A stretch of DNA of 64,000 bases from a virus: positions 40,059 through 104,058 of the IMG/VR virus record IMGVR_UViG_3300020122_000089, one strand, 5' to 3'. Shown here in pieces: positions 63,731 through 64,000 of this stretch. Each line of letters opens with the position of its first letter. The first letter of the stretch is position 1. The notes under the pieces are model-generated. The model made no database searches and was not told where the DNA came from. It saw only the letters and a program-made list of their open reading frames with translations. The position numbers and the translations under genes are program-made.

Positions 63731-64000
63731 ATGATTGAAATTAAGCATAGAAACGGGACGGTGCTACGAGTGATTAACGCCGATACCTTGAGCGGCTCGG
63801 ACTTGAGCTACTCGGACTTGCGCGGCTCGGACTTGCGCGGCTCGGACTTGCGCGGCTCGGACTTGCGCGACTCGGACTTGCGCGGCTCGGACTTGCGCGG
63901 CTCGGACTTGCGCGGCTCGGACTTGCGCGGCTCGGACTTGCGCGGCTCGGACTTGCGCGGCTCGGACTTGCGCGGCTCGGACTTGCGCGGCTCGGACTTG
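63731..64000 (+). CDS. pentapeptide-repeat protein, partial
   Basis: MIEIKHRNGTVLRVINADTL followed by (R/S)GSDL repeats to the window edge. Confidence 0.85.
   Translation, partial: MIEIKHRNGTVLRVINADTLSGSDLSYSDLRGSDLRGSDLRGSDLRDSDLRGSDLRGSDLRGSDLRGSDLRGSDLRGSDLRGSDLRGSDL
63788..64000 (+). repeat. 15-bp tandem repeat (TTGCGCGGCTCGGAC), about 14 copies to the window edge
   Basis: Directly visible; nearly identical units. Confidence 0.95.

Overview
Tailed-phage (or prophage) DNA covering the late/morphogenesis arm, almost all on the minus strand. Read right to left it holds a NusG-family antiterminator, a C5 methyltransferase, TerS, TerL, portal, an accessory block rich in signal-peptide proteins, scaffold, major capsid protein (MCP), a DNA methyltransferase, a glycosyltransferase/FkbM cluster, and head-completion and tail genes. 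The main result is that the MCP gene (23889-29594, minus) can be rebuilt by hand as 11 exons interrupted by ten group I introns (4440 of 5706 bp) that splice to a 421-aa reading frame. Three introns carry HNH endonucleases, two of them antisense with their own promoters. Several introns are about 200 nt or less, and one has a non-canonical junction. A second genome-wide signal is the palindrome TTCTTCCGGAAGAA, with about 40 exact or near copies by manual count. It occurs between genes, inside genes in all frames and inside intron P6 hairpins, but is absent from a 12.4-kb block. Also seen: a promoter-driven tRNA-like RNA plus a second structured RNA upstream of the capsid gene, three free-standing homing endonucleases, many leaderless sigma70-type promoters, and a few frame disruptions. 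All calls come from motif recognition and manual base-pairing; no database searches were run, and the host cannot be determined from this window.
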